A stretch of 62,962 nt of DNA from an uncultured Polyangiales bacterium (GTDB lineage Bacteria > Myxococcota_A > Polyangia > Polyangiales > CAYWAT01). Location of the stretch: NCBI GenBank assembly GCA_964456305.1, contig CAYWAT010000002.1:1-62962 (forward strand), given 5' to 3'. Shown here one piece after another: positions 19,257 to 28,934 of this stretch; within the stretch, counting starts at the first letter, position 1; every line of letters starts with the position of its first letter. The translations under genes were made by a program, and so were the position numbers. Under the pieces are notes generated by a model that made no database searches, was not told where the DNA came from, and saw only the letters and a list, made by a program, of their open reading frames with translations.

Positions 19257-22200
19257 CTACCAGCCAGCCCCCTCTACAATCACCTTTTCGCTACGGCTGC
19301 GGCCAAAGGTTTCGGGGTGGTAGATTTCCCGAACGTGGGCAGGGGCAGCAAGGAATTGCCCCGGTGTGGTCGCACGCGTGGTGTAGGTATAGATATACAC
19401 GCCGGCAGCAAGCTGAGTGGCCATGACTTCGGCGCCTTGATTGCGCAGGTTGTGATGATCGTACCAAGCAGCAGGCATGATCCCATATCGATGTATCGTC
19501 GAAGCACGTGCATTGGTGCGCACTGGCATAGGCATAAAGGGCGGCTTGGGGTCTTGAGGATAAAGGGCCAAGTTGGGATTTTCGGGCTCAAGCCCTGCGG
19601 GCAAGGCATCGCGCACAGCCACATGGGATCGACGATCGTAAACCACTAAGGTAAGCCGCACGCGGACGCGGGACCCGGCACGCACATGCCAAGCGCCCTT
19701 TGCATAATGCACATCGTCGGGATCATCCGCGCCTTCATAACGACGCTCGATCGCAAAGCCATGATCCACAGCCGCTTGTTTCATTTGCTTGGGCGCATAC
19801 TGCATGCCCAGACGGTAATAGAGACGACCTTGCCCCTGTTTACGCAGCAAGACATCCATCCACTGCGGATGCTTAACCAACTCCGCCATGGGCACATGCT
19901 GCGCGTTGCGGTCACCAATGCGACGCAGGGTTTTCGCCGTCAACAACTGCGGTCCCAGCCATGCGCGCACATTCATGATCGCAGAAGCTTTCTTTGAAGC
20001 TGAGCGCGGACGCTCATAACGCTGGAAATAGTCGCTCAAGGCCAACGCCATAAAGCTATCTTCCTGACTATTGCCGACTCGCCGATGCTGGTAATGCTGC
20101 GTCAATCCACGCACGAGTTTGGCAATCGCATCATGCTGAGGCGCAACCCTCATCAAGCCCGCAAGCAGCAATGCGTCTGCCCTTCGCTCCGAATGCAACA
20201 GCATATAGGCCTGCTCATCGTACTGCGTCACCACATGCGCGGTTGCCGCGCTTTCGACGATGCGATTGTTTAAGTAAACCAGCACACGTTCCACTTCAGC
20301 TTTGTCGCTTGCGATCACCGGCAGCAACCAAGCCATCGCCTCGACAGGCAGCTCCTTTAAAGGAAGTGAGTGCAATAGCTCCAACGCGAAGGGCAAGGGC
20401 TTGATAGAAGCACCATCGTTGAGATGCTGCACATACAACGCATAGGCTCTCAGCGTTGTCCGCACAGGCACGGATGCGCTGGCAACGTTGCCGTGATTCT
20501 GTGCAAGGGAAGCAACGTAACGCAGCAAGGGCTTCTTCAAGATCTCTGGGACCAGATGCCCTGCTTTTTCTGCACGCAACAAGGCATGCGCCACATGAAT
20601 GCTAGCAAAGGGCGAGGTGGGCAAAGACAATCCAGGCCACACGGCAAAGCTGCCATCGCGATGCTGCAAGGCTTGCAATCGACGCAGTTGAGCGCCTAAG
20701 GCCTCTGCAGCGTGCTTGGACGAGGGCAAGTCAGAAGCACCAAGCGCCTGCTGCACTTCCGCCAAGGCCAAGCGTGTGATCATGCGTGACGCAATGGCCT
20801 CGGGAAAATGCCAAGCTTCTTTTTCGAGCCCAGTGTAAGCATCGCGCAGCACATGTAACTGCGTGCGACTAAAACGCAGATCGAGACCGCCAAACTCAGG
20901 CCATGCATCCTGCGGTGGCTTAAGCGCATAACGTCGCGCACCTTCATCAAGCTCCCCATAAGTAGCAACGCTCTCTTCGGTAGCCGGGGTCCAAACAGGT
21001 AGAGTCACCTCGGCGGCATCGCGCAACACCTCATCCTGTGCAGCAGAACGCCCTGTCGCCACCCACTGCAAACGGGCCTCACCCACCTGATTTGCCCGCG
21101 CCTTAAAACGCAGCTCGCGACGCACACCAGCAGGCAAGTGCAGACGATATCCTCTCACAGCGTCCAGCTTTAGATCACGACTGCGCAGCCCCACCTGCAC
21201 ATCAAGTGCACGGGAACTCTGATTGCGAATGAGCAACGGGATTTCCGCCCGATCACCTAGGTTGAGCAAACGCGGCGCCGAAGGCTGCAGCATCAATGCT
21301 TTGCGCACCGTCAGCGCACTCTCGCCCTTGCCGAAGAAATCTTTGTCGTGTGCTGCAAAGGCAATCACGCGATAGCGCGTGAGATTATGCGGCAGCGTCA
21401 AGCTCTGCTGTACGCGACCCTGAGCATCACTGCGCAGCGCGGGCGCAAAAAGAGCCAAGGCACGAAAATCACGCCGTACAGAGACTCCCGGCATAAGCTT
21501 GTTAGTTCTCGCGGCGTATTGGTTTTGAGCGACAGCGCTGCCCTCCAATGCATCCACATCCAGACTTTGAGCGCTCGCTCTGGCCATGTCCGTATGATCT
21601 TTATGAGCCTGACCATCTCGCCTTTTCGTTTTGTCCTGCTCGACCAGGGCCAAAACATGACGTCGTAGTTCATCACTCCAAACCCCAGGACCACGTCGAT
21701 GAAAAAATACATCTAAGGGATTCGCAAAATTGGCATCGCTGAGCGCAAGCACGGCTTCATCCACCACCAATAAAGCTACCTCAGCGTTGGCTGCAGGACG
21801 TCCATCGTGACGATTGACCTGCACCTTTAGACGCACCGGCTCACCTGGCTCGGCCACCTTAGGGATGGACTGCACCTGCGTTGTCAGCTTTTGATGCACA
21901 GGCGGGATAGCCAGCTCCACCTGTCCCGAAGCATGGCCAATATCGCCTTGCGCCGTTGTACCACGCATACCAACCGCGTGAACCTGCACATGCACATTGG
22001 GTGTAAAGGCAGCCTCCAAAGGTACCTCAATGAGGGCATGACGCTCACTTACGCGCTTTTGCTCTTGATGCACGATACCGTTGCGCATCCAGGTGATAAA
22101 AAGTTGAGCTGGTGCGAAAGGAAGCTGCAGGGCCACCCGCGCGGTATCACCCGGGCGATACGCCTCCTTGTCCGGCATCATGGTTACGCGATCTGCGTTA

Positions 22201-25200
22201 ACCCGAGCGTTGGGCAGAGTCACGTCCCCCACCACCCAATAACGCATCACGCTCTCATTAGAACGCCCAGCGCGATCGTGAGTGCGCGCGATGATGCGAT
22301 ACATGCCCGCCTTCGCGATGGGCCAACTGCAATGCCCCGCCTTCGTCATCGAGGTCGTGCGACATTGCTGCATCTCCTTGGCCTCTTCGTGCCAGCGCCC
22401 CTTGCGAAACCTTCCTTCTAAGCGCGCCACCTGGATATGAATGGGATAACCCTGCTGAAGCTCACCATCGATAGTGGTCACGATGCTCTCGATGCGCAGC
22501 ATCTCCCCAACCCGCACGAAATTCTGCGGCGTACGCAGACCCACGTAAACCTTCGCAGGGTGCAACAGCAACGCGTGACGCGCCGTCCAGGCCTGGCGAT
22601 TGAGATCCTGCACCTGGGCTTCAATCGCTATCTGACGCGGGCGCACCGGATCCATGCCTTGCCAGTCGAGGCGCAGCGTGTGCTTTCCGTGTGCGTTGGT
22701 CCGGCCCTCATAACGTTGCCTGGTGGCGGCCTGCGGCATGCGCCAGTCCTCAAACCACCAGGGATTCCATTCGCCAAAATGAAAGTCATCTTGATTAGGC
22801 GGCCTAAAATGTCCCTTCTGGGAGCGCACTGTCCACTTGACCGAAGCGTTGGCCAGCCCTCCACCCGCATAATAGTTAGCCTGCACGGTGGCCTCGCTGG
22901 GTTCTTTGAGCAGATGGAAAGCCTTTGCCATATCCAGCGACACTTCAAACTCCGGTCGCCGATAGCTCTGCACCTGCACATGATGAATAGTGATATGGGG
23001 AGAGCGCTGACGATCTTTAGAGGGCTTGCTGGCGTACAACGTCACCGTTGCCGTCCCTAGATTGGCCTCCTTAGGAAAAGTAGTCTTAAGATCGAAGCCG
23101 CCCAATGTGCTCAGCTTCAGCGGACCCTCACTCAGGACATTGCCACGTGCTCCGGTGAGGCGATAAAAAAGGTTGCGCGGCAGTTCAGCGAGCCCCGCAA
23201 TGCCGCCGCGCGGACGCATGTCCAGCTTACGCAGCCAACCTTTGAGACGAAGAGCCTCGCCTGGCTGATAAACGCCTCTGTCGTCGGTGATAAAGCTCTG
23301 CCAGCGCGGACTTTGGGCTTGATGAGGATGATAGGCATGAGGCAACAAAGCCCTGTCCTCGCCATGCTGCACCTCGATCAATGATCGACCTTCCGAATCT
23401 TTTTTCGCCTTTGGACCGAGCTTAAACTGAGCCATTCCGGCTGCGTTCGTCCGCGCTTCAACGCCCAAAGGACGGACACGCACCTGCGCATTCGCGATGG
23501 GTTCACCCGTCTTTAGAGAGGTCACCGCCACCTGCAGTGTCGTATCGTCTTGCCATGAACTAATGCCCAACTGCGTTGACTGCACCCACAGCACGCGATG
23601 GGCTGGATCATGAACCGGTCGCTTAGACGAAGAAGCTGAACGTAGCTCGACGATCAGATGTCCTTGGCCTCGATTATTGAGCCAACGCGAGAGCGATAAA
23701 TCCGTGGCGACTTGCCCGCTTTTCCAGCCCGCCGGAACCTTTACATCCTGAGTCGCCAGCAAGGTGCCCGGCCACTGCACCAGCACGCGTGGGTCGCCCT
23801 TGGCATTAAAGCCATAACGCTGTGTACGACGTAGAGCTTTGTAGTAGTCGGGCCACTGGTGAGGCTCGACACGTCGCACCTTAGCCCGCAACCTCGGCAA
23901 GCCTTGCGAAAGCACTCTGAGCTTGGGGACTGCGGCCCAAGGGTTGAGCACCAACTGCTCTCGATGCAGCGCAATGCTTGGTCGTACTGGTTGCACCCGC
24001 ATTGTTACAGGCTTTGTCGCTCCCAGCGTTTGACCAAAAACATCGCGCAGGGTTGGCGGCAAGTTGAGCTTGTACACGGTATCGGCCTGCATCTTGCCAG
24101 ACAGCACCAAGCCCCAAGGGTTCACCTGCAGCTCAAGCCCATCAACCACTGGCTGCACCTGGATATCGCGCACATCGATAGCCTGCTCCGCCAGGGCGTG
24201 GTTGAAGTTAATGTGCCAACTGTCCTGTGCTCTGCATGGGCGCTTCGCGTTGCAATTCGCCCCCTTGAAAGCCAGGGGACCGTAGGTTTGAAAGCTGTGC
24301 GTGAATGCCCGCGCACTAAGACGAGGGCCTTCCTGAGACGGAGCCCCGGCTTTGATACGCAGCTGCACCTTACTGCCTCTGGGCAGAGCCTGTGTTGGCA
24401 ACAAGGTCAGAGTTCTGGTTTGCAGCTCATCAACATGCGCTGCCTTGAGTTGAGCCTGAGCTTTGGGGTGCGCCTTGAGATCGGCAGCCGTAGCCTGACG
24501 CAGCGCATAAGAGCGACCTCGGCTGCGTAGCTCGACCCATTCCAGGACTTTGTGGGCATCAATCGCTTGGTTGAAACGCAGGATCATCGGCGTTTGATTT
24601 GAGTATTCACCCTTAGACGGAGGCCACACCTTGCTCACCTCGAGAGCAGGTGTCGTAAAACGCGTCGTGTACGAGCGCCGAAGGGTCTTACCCGCCGCAG
24701 ACTTCAATCCTGCGGGGATTTTCAGGGTGTACGCGGTCGCCATCGGAAAGCGTCGTGTTTTTCCCTGACTTCGAGGCTCAAAAAGCAGGGTGCGCGTCCC
24801 CACCCAACGCCATTGTCCCGGCGGTTGCGGCTCAAGACGAATAGCCGGCAAGGAACTGCGGGCATCGATATGCGCCGCAAGAGCAACCATAGGCTGGGAA
24901 AAAACAATGCTCAGATGCGAGGCAATATCAACATCACCCTTGGGCGTGACGCGTATTACCTTAAGAGGGCCAGAATCGTCGCGATCTTCAGGTGCAGCAG
25001 CGTTAGTCGGAAACGCAGTCTGCACAGGGACCTCATCCTGCTGTGGCCGCGGCATAGACGTGGATGGCAACGCAAAGGTTTTCTTAGACGGCGCAGGTTT
25101 AGCGCTTGGCTCAGCGAGGCCAGCAAAAAGAGGTGTGACGTGTTCAGAATCAAGAGTCTCTATTGAGTCGCTGTCATCGTCAGCGATCGAGGACTTTACC

Positions 25201-25385
25201 GCTGCAGAGTCGTTGGATGCGCTTTGCTCTAGCTTGAAGACAAGACCATCGTCCTTGCTTTTGCTCTGCTCTTGCGCGGACTCGATAGGAGGCAGCGGTA
25301 ATGCTTGCGAGCCTGGCGATAAACTTTGACTGCAGCCCAAGCCTAGCGCGATAACGAAAGTGATGAGCGATCGCATACTTTGCAT
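19257..25385 (-). CDS. Alpha-2-macroglobulin family lipoprotein (2042 aa, no thioester motif)
   Basis: It has a lipobox ALGLGCSQS. A2M hallmarks are VVDEAVLAL, RRDFRALALFAP…, LPHNLTRYRVIAFA, HRDGSFAVWPG and DALPAGLEPENP. The C-terminal ~1000 residues contain no Cys at all, so no CxEQ thioester is possible. Confidence 0.85.
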   Translation of the reverse strand: MQSMRSLITFVIALGLGCSQSLSPGSQALPLPPIESAQEQSKSKDDGLVFKLEQSASNDSAAVKSSIADDDSDSIETLDSEHVTPLFAGLAEPSAKPAPSKKTFALPSTSMPRPQQDEVPVQTAFPTNAAAPEDRDDSGPLKVIRVTPKGDVDIASHLSIVFSQPMVALAAHIDARSSLPAIRLEPQPPGQWRWVGTRTLLFEPRSQGKTRRFPMATAYTLKIPAGLKSAAGKTLRRSYTTRFTTPALEVSKVWPPSKGEYSNQTPMILRFNQAIDAHKVLEWVELRSRGRSYALRQATAADLKAHPKAQAQLKAAHVDELQTRTLTLLPTQALPRGSKVQLRIKAGAPSQEGPRLSARAFTHSFQTYGPLAFKGANCNAKRPCRAQDSWHINFNHALAEQAIDVRDIQVQPVVDGLELQVNPWGLVLSGKMQADTVYKLNLPPTLRDVFGQTLGATKPVTMRVQPVRPSIALHREQLVLNPWAAVPKLRVLSQGLPRLRAKVRRVEPHQWPDYYKALRRTQRYGFNAKGDPRVLVQWPGTLLATQDVKVPAGWKSGQVATDLSLSRWLNNRGQGHLIVELRSASSSKRPVHDPAHRVLWVQSTQLGISSWQDDTTLQVAVTSLKTGEPIANAQVRVRPLGVEARTNAAGMAQFKLGPKAKKDSEGRSLIEVQHGEDRALLPHAYHPHQAQSPRWQSFITDDRGVYQPGEALRLKGWLRKLDMRPRGGIAGLAELPRNLFYRLTGARGNVLSEGPLKLSTLGGFDLKTTFPKEANLGTATVTLYASKPSKDRQRSPHITIHHVQVQSYRRPEFEVSLDMAKAFHLLKEPSEATVQANYYAGGGLANASVKWTVRSQKGHFRPPNQDDFHFGEWNPWWFEDWRMPQAATRQRYEGRTNAHGKHTLRLDWQGMDPVRPRQIAIEAQVQDLNRQAWTARHALLLHPAKVYVGLRTPQNFVRVGEMLRIESIVTTIDGELQQGYPIHIQVARLEGRFRKGRWHEEAKEMQQCRTTSMTKAGHCSWPIAKAGMYRIIARTHDRAGRSNESVMRYWVVGDVTLPNARVNADRVTMMPDKEAYRPGDTARVALQLPFAPAQLFITWMRNGIVHQEQKRVSERHALIEVPLEAAFTPNVHVQVHAVGMRGTTAQGDIGHASGQVELAIPPVHQKLTTQVQSIPKVAEPGEPVRLKVQVNRHDGRPAANAEVALLVVDEAVLALSDANFANPLDVFFHRRGPGVWSDELRRHVLALVEQDKTKRRDGQAHKDHTDMARASAQSLDVDALEGSAVAQNQYAARTNKLMPGVSVRRDFRALALFAPALRSDAQGRVQQSLTLPHNLTRYRVIAFAAHDKDFFGKGESALTVRKALMLQPSAPRLLNLGDRAEIPLLIRNQSSRALDVQVGLRSRDLKLDAVRGYRLHLPAGVRRELRFKARANQVGEARLQWVATGRSAAQDEVLRDAAEVTLPVWTPATEESVATYGELDEGARRYALKPPQDAWPEFGGLDLRFSRTQLHVLRDAYTGLEKEAWHFPEAIASRMITRLALAEVQQALGASDLPSSKHAAEALGAQLRRLQALQHRDGSFAVWPGLSLPTSPFASIHVAHALLRAEKAGHLVPEILKKPLLRYVASLAQNHGNVASASVPVRTTLRAYALYVQHLNDGASIKPLPFALELLHSLPLKELPVEAMAWLLPVIASDKAEVERVLVYLNNRIVESAATAHVVTQYDEQAYMLLHSERRADALLLAGLMRVAPQHDAIAKLVRGLTQHYQHRRVGNSQEDSFMALALSDYFQRYERPRSASKKASAIMNVRAWLGPQLLTAKTLRRIGDRNAQHVPMAELVKHPQWMDVLLRKQGQGRLYYRLGMQYAPKQMKQAAVDHGFAIERRYEGADDPDDVHYAKGAWHVRAGSRVRVRLTLVVYDRRSHVAVRDALPAGLEPENPNLALYPQDPKPPFMPMPVRTNARASTIHRYGIMPAAWYDHHNLRNQGAEVMATQLAAGVYIYTYTTRATTPGQFLAAPAHVREIYHPETFGRSRSEKVIVEGAGW

Positions 25386-25436
25386 GCGCGCAGGCTATCA
25401 CAGGCCATGGCTCTGAGCGCTTATCGCGCAACGCGT

Positions 25437-26309
25437 TTAAACCTGCAGGTACACCAGCAAAAATACGCAGGCGCTCCATAGGCATAAGTTCGCTAAAAAA
25501 GGCGTGTCGCGCAGCATTTGGTCGGTGGGACTGACCGGGCTACGCCGCATCACCAGTTTGGCAAAACGCAGCATCCCATACGAAGCGGGCAAAACGGTCA
25601 CAGCAAGATAATCCGTGCCCAGCGCCTGTCGCGTTTCTTTGCTCAAGGTTGTCAGAAGATAGCAACCCAAGGTTGCCAACGCGCAAAGGAGAAGCAGGGT
25701 TTGCAAGATTTTCGGACTATAAAAACGCAGGACCTGTCGCTGATGCTTAGAGTGCTCGCCCTGCATCACCTCGTGCAAACGTTTGCCAAAGCCCAAGAAA
25801 AGAGAGAGCAGCAGCGTAATCCCATAAAGTGCGGCAGTGGTATCGATGCCTGTGGCCACCGCACCGCCGAACACTCGCAACTCAAAGCCTAACGCAATGC
25901 AGAGCACATCCACGTAAGCGATGCGTTTTAAACGCGTGGTGTAAGCAACATTGAGCAGGGCGTAACAGGCAATCACCATCGCCAACAACGGGCGAAGAAC
26001 ATAGGCCAGACCAAGCGTCAGCAAAGCCAATACCAGAGCCGTGCTAAGGGCGGTGCGAATGGAAAGCTGTCCGCTGGCAATAGGTCGCAGGCGCTTGCTT
26101 GGATGAAGGCGATCCGCCTCGTAATCGAGGCTGTCGTTAAGCAGATAAACCGCGCTTGATATCGCGCAAAAGCACCCCAGCGCCCCAAGCGCCCGCTGCA
26201 TCAATGACCACTCGGTCAAGGCCTGGGCAAAGACCACCGGAATGAGCACGAAGCCGTTTTTGACCCACTGATGGGGCCGCATCGCGCGTAGGAGCGCCCA
26301 CCCACTCAT
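25437..26309 (-). CDS. UbiA-family prenyltransferase (decaprenyl-phosphate phosphoribosyltransferase-like)
   Basis: 290 aa and polytopic. It has the LNDSLDYEADRLHPSKRLRPIASGQL (NDxxDxxxD) motif and an N-terminus LRAMRPHQWVKNGFV typical of this UbiA subgroup. Confidence 0.8.
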   Translation of the reverse strand: MSGWALLRAMRPHQWVKNGFVLIPVVFAQALTEWSLMQRALGALGCFCAISSAVYLLNDSLDYEADRLHPSKRLRPIASGQLSIRTALSTALVLALLTLGLAYVLRPLLAMVIACYALLNVAYTTRLKRIAYVDVLCIALGFELRVFGGAVATGIDTTAALYGITLLLSLFLGFGKRLHEVMQGEHSKHQRQVLRFYSPKILQTLLLLCALATLGCYLLTTLSKETRQALGTDYLAVTVLPASYGMLRFAKLVMRRSPVSPTDQMLRDTPFLANLCLWSACVFLLVYLQV

Positions 26310-26413
26310 GCGCGCGGATGTGAAGCCTTAGAGCAAAAAGGTCAATAGCGAAGGGCGCCGATGTCCTCCTTAGGTGGGTTACTGCCTAGCTTCGCGGGCG
26401 CCGATAAAAAGAA

Positions 26414-26953
26414 CTAATTCTGATAATAGAAATGAGAGTTACACCCTTTCAAATCAACAAATCCTCCCCCAGAGAACCAAACAGTCGCCATTCCATCTTC
26501 TTCAGGAAGAGCAGTTTCTGAGATGGTTCTCTCATAAGGGTCAGAATCTTGACCATTTATTGTTATTTTCAAATGAGCACGGGTGTTATCATCTTTTGTC
26601 TCTGTTGGCTTGTAATAGAGACGTTTTTTATCGTATTCAGGCGCTGGTTTAGGAAGCATTTCCATGACATCTAAAGACATAAATATAAAATCATTTTTGG
26701 CACTCACAAACAGCTGACGCTTAGCTTCCAAACTCGAGCCAAACATCTCTATGCCAATCGGCACGGATTCAAAAGAATGAGCCTCAACATTAGGAGATTT
26801 CATCCAGTTATAGCTACTGCAGGTCCATTTCCTTTCCACCGTATATTCCCGAGGAGTTCGTTTTTCCAAGGCCAAGTCACTTCTGCTTGTTTCTGATACC
26901 GAGCAGGCATTAGCCAAGGAAATCAATCCTATAAAAACCATTAGTTTTTTCAT
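26414..26953 (-). CDS. Hypothetical lipoprotein (AT-rich islet)
   Basis: 179 aa. It has a signal peptide plus lipobox MKKLMVFIGLISLANAC. No family was recognised. Local composition is clearly AT-richer than the flanks. Confidence 0.6.
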   Translation of the reverse strand: MKKLMVFIGLISLANACSVSETSRSDLALEKRTPREYTVERKWTCSSYNWMKSPNVEAHSFESVPIGIEMFGSSLEAKRQLFVSAKNDFIFMSLDVMEMLPKPAPEYDKKRLYYKPTETKDDNTRAHLKITINGQDSDPYERTISETALPEEDGMATVWFSGGGFVDLKGCNSHFYYQN

Positions 26954-27246
26954 AACAACACCTAATCAATATTGAGATTTCGACAAAAATGTTGATTACG
27001 ACCTTGGTCATCTGTTGCCAAATTCAATCAACATCATTGCAAACAAAAGTTCACAAAGATTTTGAAATAAGAACGAAGTCTGTTTTTTCAAATGAGTCGA
27101 AAGCCGGGCGTCAGATTGACCGATCGCAGAAGCTCACTGCGGCGCGCTCTAGGTCATCGCAAGAGCCGTATCCCATACCAACGCATTGCCAAGGGCGTGG
27201 TTGTATGGGATTGCAGCCTCTCAATTTAGGGGACTCAAGAGCACAC

Positions 27247-28926
27247 ATGGCCGAATACATTTACACCATGCAAGGCCTCAGCAAGACGCATCCACCCAAG
27301 AAGGTGGTGGTCGAGCAGGTTTATCTGTCATTTATCCCAGGCGCTAAAATCGGCGTGATCGGCGCCAACGGAACCGGCAAGTCAAGCTTGTTGCGCATCA
27401 TGGCCGGCGAGGACACCGAGTTTCAGGGCGAGGTATGGCGACGTCCGGGAAGCACTGTGGGTTACTTATCGCAGGAGCCCACGTTGGGAGATGCAAACAC
27501 AGTGCGGGAAGCGGTGGAGCTCGCCGTAGAGCCAACCCGCACCATGCTGCGCGAGTTCGAAAGCCTCAGCATGAAGCTGGGCGAACCCATGTCCGACGCG
27601 GAGATGACCAAGCTGCTCGAGCAGCAAGCCACCTTGCAAGACCGCATCGATGCCAGCGATGCCTGGAACCTCGACCACAGCCTCGAGCTAGCGATGGACG
27701 CACTGCGCTTACCGCCTCCTGACGCAGACACCAGCACCCTGTCCGGCGGTGAGCGCCGCCGCGTCGCCTTGTGCCAGACCCTGTTGCGCCGCCCCGATTT
27801 ACTGCTGCTGGATGAGCCCACCAACCATCTTGATGCCGAATCGGTGAGCTGGCTGGAGTCGCACCTCGAAGCCTATCCAGGCACCATCGTGGCCATCACC
27901 CACGATCGCTACTTCCTCGATAATGTCGCCGAGTGGATTTTGGAGCTCGAACGCGGCCGCGCCATTCCCTTCGAGGGCAACTACTCCGCATGGCTGGATT
28001 CGAAGCAAAAACGCCTGGCCCAAGAAGAGAAGCAAGACTCCGCGCGCCAACGCAAAATCGCCCAAGAGCTGGAGTGGATTCAGGCTGCTCCCAAAGCACG
28101 TCAGGCCAAGAGCAAAGCGCGCATCAATGCCTTCGAGGCGCTGGTCAGCGAGCAAAACCAAGTGCGGCGCGACCCCAACGAAATCCGCATTCCCCGTGGA
28201 CAACGCTTGGGCGACATGGTGCTCGAAGTGCGCGGTCTGCAAAAAAGCTTTGGCGACCAACTGCTCTTTGAAGACCTCAACTTCAAGCTTCCCAAGGGCG
28301 CTATCGTAGGCATCATCGGTCCCAATGGCGCGGGCAAATCCACCTTCTTCCGCATCTTGGTAGGCGATCAAAAACCCGATGCAGGCGAGGTACGCATCGG
28401 TGAAACGGTGGACCTGGCCTATGTTGACCAAAGCCGCGACGCCTTGGTGGACGCGCATAATGTATGGCGCGAGATCAGCGGCGGCACCGACGAAGTGGAC
28501 TTCGGGGGTCAAAGCATCGCGTCACGCGCCTACGTATCCTGGTTTAATTTTCGCGGTAGCGACCAGCAGAAACTCATCAAAGACCTGTCCGGCGGTGAGC
28601 GCAATCGCGTTCATCTGGCCAAGCTCCTCAAAAGCGGTGGCAACGTGTTGCTCTTGGATGAGCCTACCAATGATCTGGATGTCGAAACTCTGCGCGCCTT
28701 GGAGTCGGCCCTGCTTGAGTTTGCTGGCTGTGCCTTGGTCGTAAGCCACGATCGCTGGTTTTTGGATCGCATCGCCACGCATATCTTGGCCTTTGAAGGA
28801 GATAGTAAAGTGGTGTGGTTCGAGGGCAGTTATCAAGATTACGAGGCCGATCGTCGCAAACGGCTTGGTTTGAGCGAGGCGACTCCCCAGCGTACTCGCC
28901 ATCGCAAACTGCATCGCAACGGTTGA
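27247..28926 (+). CDS. ettA: Energy-dependent translational throttle protein EttA (ABC-F)
   Basis: ORF 26989..28926. From the ATG at 27247, MAEYIYTMQGLSKTHPPKKVVVEQVYLSFIPGAKIGVIGANGTGKSSLLRIMAG aligns with the EttA N-terminus. Two ABC cassettes are present and the length is 559 aa. Confidence 0.9.
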   Translation: MAEYIYTMQGLSKTHPPKKVVVEQVYLSFIPGAKIGVIGANGTGKSSLLRIMAGEDTEFQGEVWRRPGSTVGYLSQEPTLGDANTVREAVELAVEPTRTMLREFESLSMKLGEPMSDAEMTKLLEQQATLQDRIDASDAWNLDHSLELAMDALRLPPPDADTSTLSGGERRRVALCQTLLRRPDLLLLDEPTNHLDAESVSWLESHLEAYPGTIVAITHDRYFLDNVAEWILELERGRAIPFEGNYSAWLDSKQKRLAQEEKQDSARQRKIAQELEWIQAAPKARQAKSKARINAFEALVSEQNQVRRDPNEIRIPRGQRLGDMVLEVRGLQKSFGDQLLFEDLNFKLPKGAIVGIIGPNGAGKSTFFRILVGDQKPDAGEVRIGETVDLAYVDQSRDALVDAHNVWREISGGTDEVDFGGQSIASRAYVSWFNFRGSDQQKLIKDLSGGERNRVHLAKLLKSGGNVLLLDEPTNDLDVETLRALESALLEFAGCALVVSHDRWFLDRIATHILAFEGDSKVVWFEGSYQDYEADRRKRLGLSEATPQRTRHRKLHRNG

Positions 28927-28934
28927 GGCAAACG

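Noticed and set aside
27799-28512. Long antisense ORFs inside well-supported genes. Examples are 27799..28512 (-) in ettA, 34463..35314 (-) in the lectin gene, 12643..13245 (+) in the radical SAM gene, 15463..16113 (+) in yeaH, 36792..37517 (+) in ilvE, 31945..32646 (+) in the MFS gene, and 59988..60838 (+) in the STAND gene.
   Set aside because: Each is fully embedded opposite a gene with clear family motifs. Their translations are Arg/Ala/Gly-rich low-complexity sequence typical of GC-rich antisense frames.
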